Below, piece by piece: positions 7,695-12,603 of a stretch of DNA of 12,603 nucleotides. Both the position numbers and the translations under genes were made by a program. Numbering within the stretch: position 1 is the stretch's first letter; each line of letters begins with the position of its first letter. This stretch comes from Clostridiales bacterium (GTDB taxonomy: Bacteria; Bacillota; Clostridia; Saccharofermentanales; Saccharofermentanaceae), in the NCBI GenBank assembly GCA_017513085.1, contig JAFWDK010000030.1, forward strand, positions 1-12,603. The letters are read 5' to 3'. Below the pieces are notes generated by a model that saw only the letters and a program-made list of their open reading frames with translations, was not told where the DNA came from and searched no databases.

Positions 7695-8123
7695 ATGCCT
7701 ACGTTCAACCAATTGGTAAAGTCCGGAAGAACATCGAAGATCTACAAGTCTTCTTCTAAAGCTCTTCAGTCTGGACTGAATACCTTGCGCAAGCAGGAAA
7801 CAGACGTTTCTTCCCCACAAAAGCGTGGTGTTTGCACAGTTGTTAAGACCGTAACTCCTAAGAAGCCGAACTCTGCTTTGAGAAAGGTTGCAAGAGTACG
7901 TCTTACGAATGGCTACGAAGTAACTGCATATATCCCGGGTGTGGGACATAACCTGCAGGAGCACTCCGTTGTATTGATCCGTGGCGGACGTGTTAAGGAC
8001 CTTCCTGGTGTTCGTTATCACATCGTTCGCGGTACTCTTGATACAGCCGGTGTTGCAAATCGTCAGCAGGGCCGTTCGAAGTACGGTGCGAAGAAGCCGA
8101 AGGCCGCTAAGGTAAAGAAGTAA
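7695..8123 (+). CDS. rpsL: 30S ribosomal protein S12
   Basis: MPTFNQLV..., [46 protein letters not shown] at 7681-7686. The true start is ATG7695, not the ORF-track TTG7620. Confidence 0.98.
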   Translation: MPTFNQLVKSGRTSKIYKSSSKALQSGLNTLRKQETDVSSPQKRGVCTVVKTVTPKKPNSALRKVARVRLTNGYEVTAYIPGVGHNLQEHSVVLIRGGRVKDLPGVRYHIVRGTLDTAGVANRQQGRSKYGAKKPKAAKVKK

Positions 8124-8754
<631 letters not shown>

Positions 8755-8776
8755 TTGATGAAGGAGCATTGACACG

Positions 8777-10846
8777 ATGAATAAGAGAGAGTATTCACTC
8801 GAAAACACAAGAAATATCGGTATCATGGCTCACATCGACGCGGGTAAGACAACGACTACTGAAAGAATCCTCTACTACACGGGTATCAACCGTAAGATGG
8901 GTGAGGTTCACGAAGGTGCCGCTACAATGGACTGGATGGTTCAAGAGCAGGAGCGTGGTATCACGATCACATCTGCTGCAACGACCGCTCCGTGGAAAGG
9001 ACATCGTATCAACATTATCGATACTCCTGGTCACGTAGACTTTACTGTTGAGGTTGAGCGCTCCTTGCGTGTTCTCGACGGTGCAGTTACAGTAATGTCC
9101 GCTCGTGGTGGTGTAGAACCTCAGACCGAGACAGTTTGGAGACAGGCTGAGCATTACGGTGTTCCGCGTATGGTATACGTCAATAAGATGGATATCCTGG
9201 GTGCGGATTTCTTCCATGTAATCGACATGATCAAAGATCGTCTGAAGAGCAACGCGGTTGCAATTCAGATCCCGATCGGTAAAGAAGACAGCTTCGAAGG
9301 TATTATCGACCTGATGACTCTCCGTGCAGAGGTTTACATCAGTGAAGACGGTATGAAGTACGAGGACCGTGAGGTTCCGGCGGATATGGTCGAGTTTGTA
9401 AACAAGAAGCGTGAAGAGATGGTCGAGGCGATCGCTGAGACAGACGAAGAACTCACCATGAAGTTCCTCGAAGGCGAAGAGATCTCCATCGATGAATTGA
9501 AGGCTGCACTCCGTAAGGCAACTTGCGCTTGTAAAGTTATTCCGGTTATCTGCGGTACTTCCTTGAGAAACAAGGGTGTACAGATGATGCTGGATGCTAT
9601 CGTGGATTACATGCCTTCTCCGCTGGATATTCCGGCTATCAAGGGTATCAATCCTGACACAGAAGAAGAGGAAGAGCGTCCGGCTTCCGATGAGGGCCCG
9701 TTCGCTGCTCTGGCATTCAAGATCATGACCGACCCGTTCGTTGGTAAGCTTTGCTTCTTCCGTGTTTATTCCGGTGTCCTGGAAGCAGGTTCTTATGTTT
9801 CCAATGCTACTAAGGGTAAGAAAGAGCGTATCGGACGTATTCTCCAGATGCACGCCAACGACAGAAAAGAAATCACAGAGGTATTCTCCGGTGATATCGC
9901 TGCTGCAGTTGGTCTGAAGGATACTACAACAGGTGATACACTTTGCACAGAGGATGCTCCGATCATTCTCGAATCCATGGAGTTCCCGGAACCGGTTATC
10001 GAAGTTGCTATCGAGCCGAAGTCCCGTGCTTCCCAGGAGAAGATGATCGTTGCTCTTCAGAAACTTGCAGAAGAAGACCCGACATTCCGTACATTTACCA
10101 ACCAGGAAACAGGACAAACGATCATCGCCGGTATGGGTGAGCTTCACCTCGACATTATCGTTGACCGTCTGTTCCGTGAGTTCAAGGTTGAGGCAAACGT
10201 TGGTGCGCCGCAGGTTTCCTACAAGGAGACGATCAGAAAGGCAGTCAGAAGCGAAGGCCGTTTCGTTCGTCAGTCCGGTGGTCACGGTCAGTATGGTCAC
10301 TGTATCCTCGAGATCGAGCCTCGTGAACCAGGTGCCGGTTACGAGTTCGTCAACGCTACTGTTGGTGGTTCTATCCCGAAGGAATTTATCGGACCTATCG
10401 ATGCCGGTGTACAGGAAGCTATGCAGAGCGGTGTCCTCGGCGGCTATCCGGTAGTAGACGTCAAGGTTACTGTCGTAGATGGTTCCTACCACGATGTCGA
10501 CTCTTCGGAAATGGCATTTAAGATCGCGGGTTCCATGGGCTTTAAGGAAGGTATGAAGAAGGCAGATCCTGTTCTTCTCGAGCCTATCATGAGAGTCGAT
10601 GTTGAAGTTCCGGATGATTACATGGGTGACGTTATCGGCGGCCTGAACGCTCGTCGTGGTGTTATCAAGGGAATCGAGGGACTGAACGGTACCCAGAAGA
10701 TCCAGGCGGAAGTTCCGCTCTCCAACATGTTCGGATATGCAACAGCTCTCCGTTCTACAACACAGGGTCGTGGTACCTTCGTAATGCAGATCGGTCACTT
10801 TGCTGAAACACCGAAGAACATTATGGAAACTATTCTCAAGAAGTAA
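8777..10846 (+). CDS. fusA: Elongation factor G
   Basis: [63 protein letters not shown]. Confidence 0.99.
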   Translation: MNKREYSLENTRNIGIMAHIDAGKTTTTERILYYTGINRKMGEVHEGAATMDWMVQEQERGITITSAATTAPWKGHRINIIDTPGHVDFTVEVERSLRVLDGAVTVMSARGGVEPQTETVWRQAEHYGVPRMVYVNKMDILGADFFHVIDMIKDRLKSNAVAIQIPIGKEDSFEGIIDLMTLRAEVYISEDGMKYEDREVPADMVEFVNKKREEMVEAIAETDEELTMKFLEGEEISIDELKAALRKATCACKVIPVICGTSLRNKGVQMMLDAIVDYMPSPLDIPAIKGINPDTEEEEERPASDEGPFAALAFKIMTDPFVGKLCFFRVYSGVLEAGSYVSNATKGKKERIGRILQMHANDRKEITEVFSGDIAAAVGLKDTTTGDTLCTEDAPIILESMEFPEPVIEVAIEPKSRASQEKMIVALQKLAEEDPTFRTFTNQETGQTIIAGMGELHLDIIVDRLFREFKVEANVGAPQVSYKETIRKAVRSEGRFVRQSGGHGQYGHCILEIEPREPGAGYEFVNATVGGSIPKEFIGPIDAGVQEAMQSGVLGGYPVVDVKVTVVDGSYHDVDSSEMAFKIAGSMGFKEGMKKADPVLLEPIMRVDVEVPDDYMGDVIGGLNARRGVIKGIEGLNGTQKIQAEVPLSNMFGYATALRSTTQGRGTFVMQIGHFAETPKNIMETILKK

Positions 10847-10883
10847 TTCTGAGGAAAAAACAAGGCTTCTTGTCAATTGCATC

Positions 10884-10911
10884 TTGCGATTATTGAAAAA
10901 CATAGTAAAAT
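10884..10911 (+). promoter_or_regulatory. Putative internal promoter for tuf
   Basis: TTGCGA (10884-10889)-N16-TAAAAT (10906-10911) in the 140-nt fusA-tuf spacer. SD AAGGAGG upstream of ATG10987. Confidence 0.55.
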
Positions 10912-10986
10912 AGATGTATCTGACGCTTGGAAGCGAAACAAAGATTTAAATTATCAGCAGGATTGCTGAATAAGGAGGAAATTTAA

Positions 10987-12189
10987 ATGGCAAAGGCAAA
11001 ATTTGAAAGAACTAAGCCGCACGTTAACATCGGTACCATTGGTCACGTTGACCACGGCAAGACTTCTCTTACAGCTGCTATCACGAAGGTTCTTTCCTTC
11101 CAGGGTAAGGCACAGTATGAGGCTTACGGCGATATCGATAAGGCTCCGGAAGAGAGAGCTCGTGGTATCACGATCAACACAGCACACGTTGAGTATGAGA
11201 CAGATGCTCGTCACTACGCTCACGTTGACTGCCCCGGCCATGCCGACTATATCAAGAACATGATCACTGGTGCTGCTCAGATGGACGGTGCTATCCTCGT
11301 AGTATCCGCTTCTGACGGACCGATGCCTCAGACACGTGAGCACATCCTGCTCGCTCGTCAGGTAGGTGTTCCTTACATTGTTGTATTCATGAACAAGTGC
11401 GATCAGGTTGACGACGAAGAACTCCTCGAGCTCGTTGAGATGGACATCCGTGACCTCCTCAACCAGTACGAGTTCCCGGGCGACGATACACCGATCATCC
11501 GTGGTTCTGCTCTCGTAGCTCTCGAGTCCACATCTACTGATCCGAACGCTCCTGAGTATGCTCCGATCCTTGAGCTCATGAATGCTGTTGATACATTCAT
11601 CGCTACACCTGCTCGTCCGACAGACCTTCCGTTCCTTATGCCGGTTGAGGACGTATTCACGATCACAGGTCGTGGTACTGTTGCTACAGGCCGTCTCGAG
11701 CGTGGTATCGTTAAGGTTGGTGACGCAGCTGAGATCGTTGGTCTCCAGGATGAGCCGAAGAGCACAACAATCACAGGTGTTGAGATGTTCCACAAGCTCC
11801 TCGATCAGGCTGAGGCTGGTGATAACATTGGTGCTCTCCTCCGTGGTATCGACCGTAAGGAAGTTGAGCGTGGTCAGGTTCTCGCTAAGCCGGGTACAAT
11901 CACACCTCATACAAAGTTCACAGGTCAAGTTTACGTTCTGACACACGACGAAGGTGGCCGTCATAAGCCTTTCTTCAACGGCTATCGTCCGCAGTTCTAC
12001 TTCAGAACAACAGACGTTACCGGTGTTGCTCACCTTCCGGAAGGCACAGAAATGTGCATGCCTGGTGACCACGTAACCATCACTGTTGAGCTCATCACTC
12101 CTATCGCTATGGAGCAGGGCCTCAAGTTCGCTATCCGTGAGGGTGGTCGTACAGTTGGTGCTGGTACTGTTGCTACAATCATCGAGTAA
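10987..12189 (+). CDS. tuf: Elongation factor Tu
   Basis: [56 protein letters not shown]. Strong high-expression codon bias. Confidence 0.99.
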   Translation: MAKAKFERTKPHVNIGTIGHVDHGKTSLTAAITKVLSFQGKAQYEAYGDIDKAPEERARGITINTAHVEYETDARHYAHVDCPGHADYIKNMITGAAQMDGAILVVSASDGPMPQTREHILLARQVGVPYIVVFMNKCDQVDDEELLELVEMDIRDLLNQYEFPGDDTPIIRGSALVALESTSTDPNAPEYAPILELMNAVDTFIATPARPTDLPFLMPVEDVFTITGRGTVATGRLERGIVKVGDAAEIVGLQDEPKSTTITGVEMFHKLLDQAEAGDNIGALLRGIDRKEVERGQVLAKPGTITPHTKFTGQVYVLTHDEGGRHKPFFNGYRPQFYFRTTDVTGVAHLPEGTEMCMPGDHVTITVELITPIAMEQGLKFAIREGGRTVGAGTVATIIE

Positions 12190-12222
12190 TTCGATCTTAA
12201 GTAGATAAATCAGTCATTTACA

Positions 12223-12258
12223 AGAGCTTCGGGATTTCGATCCCGGAGCTCTGTTTTT
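12223..12258 (+). terminator. Rho-independent terminator of the str operon
   Basis: 13-bp stem AGAGCTTCGGGAT (12223-12235) / ATCCCGGAGCTCT (12240-12252), TTCG loop, followed by GTTTTT. Confidence 0.92.
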
Positions 12259-12285
12259 CTGCGCCCGACGGAGCATGATCTCGGA

Positions 12286-12314
12286 TTGACAAAACAGTAA
12301 AAAACAGTAAAAAT
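12286..12314 (+). promoter_or_regulatory. Putative promoter of the ATPase gene, overlapping the repeat array
   Basis: Perfect TTGACA at 12286-12291. The -10 position falls on TAAAAAT (12308-12314), which is imperfect. Confidence 0.5.
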
Positions 12315-12361
12315 AAGTAAAAACAGTAAAAAACAGTAAAAGAAAGTAAAACCAGTAAAAA
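12291..12361 (+). repeat. Tandem array of seven AGTAAAA motifs with 9-10 bp period
   Basis: AGTAAAA starts at 12296, 12306, 12316, 12325, 12335, 12345 and 12354. Consensus unit is (A)AACAGTAAA. Confidence 0.95.
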
Positions 12362-12381
12362 CGAGAAAGCGAGGTGGAAGT

Positions 12382-12603
12382 ATGAAAAAGAACGCCAACC
12401 CATTCACGATGGATTTTGGAAGAGAACCAATTGAATTCATTCCTCGAATCAGGGCGATGAATGATTTAGTGGATGCATTTACATCAGAGACTCCATCTCA
12501 ACATATTGCGATGATTACCGGTGTCCGTGGTTGTGGTAAAACTGTTTTTATGACAACTGCAAGCAAGAAGATTGCGGAGCAGGGAAAATGGACCACGGTT
12601 GAA
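12382..12603 (+). CDS. 5' end (partial) of a P-loop ATPase, AAA_16/archaeal-ATPase/Orc1-Cdc6-like N-terminus
   Basis: MKKNANPFTMDFGREPIEFIPR...IAMITGVRGCGKTVFM..., open to the window edge (74 codons). Walker A GxxGxGKT at 12520-12543, preceded by an NPF-x3-FG-x2-P-x2-FI-x-R motif. SD GAGGTG at 12371-12376. Confidence 0.85.
   Translation, partial: MKKNANPFTMDFGREPIEFIPRIRAMNDLVDAFTSETPSQHIAMITGVRGCGKTVFMTTASKKIAEQGKWTTVE

Noticed and set aside
7695-8123. Streptomycin-resistance substitutions or an unusual insertion in S12
   Set aside because: [10 protein letters not shown] and RVKDLPGVR are wild-type. The extra segment before SPQKRGVC is the usual Firmicutes-type insertion.
8795-12072. Very long antisense ORFs (702 aa opposite fusA, 372 aa opposite tuf; also 277 aa opposite tyrS and 149 aa opposite rpsG)
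   Set aside because: They are codon-aligned shadows of highly expressed genes. These genes avoid TTA, CTA and TCA codons, which removes antisense stops. The translations show no recognisable motifs.
12291-12361. Repeat array as a CRISPR or as a plasmid/phage origin
   Set aside because: The units are 9-10 bp with no spacers and no cas genes. No rep, integrase or att site is visible in the window, so an origin cannot be claimed.
12210-12440. Hydrophobic minus-strand ORFs (76 aa and 61 aa) that resemble small membrane toxins
   Set aside because: Their F/L/Y/T richness comes from translating the reverse complement of the AGTAAAA array, and they run through the tuf terminator.

Overview
Chromosomal window from a Firmicute, probably a Clostridia-class anaerobe (inferred from the Firmicutes-type S12 insertion, strong AGGAGG Shine-Dalgarno sites, and sigma-A promoters with extended -10). 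All credible genes are on the + strand. From left to right: the 3' end of a DUF4214-type surface protein (absent from the ORF track), an LRR + DUF4214-repeat surface protein, a secreted transglutaminase-like protein with four Ig-like (Big_2) repeats, a YugP-like membrane Zn peptidase, tyrS, a zinc-ribbon membrane protein, the str operon (rpsL-rpsG-fusA-tuf), and the 5' end of a P-loop ATPase (also absent from the ORF track). The most unusual element is an array of seven AGTAAAA motifs with 10,10,9,10,10,9 spacing. It starts just after a perfect TTGACA and fills the promoter region of that ATPase. Other notable points are a long structured rpsL-rpsG spacer, a tyrS with no apparent T-box, a 75-nt hairpin upstream of tyrS, and a str operon detached from both rpoBC and the S10 cluster. 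All calls come from reading the sequence by eye; no searches were run.
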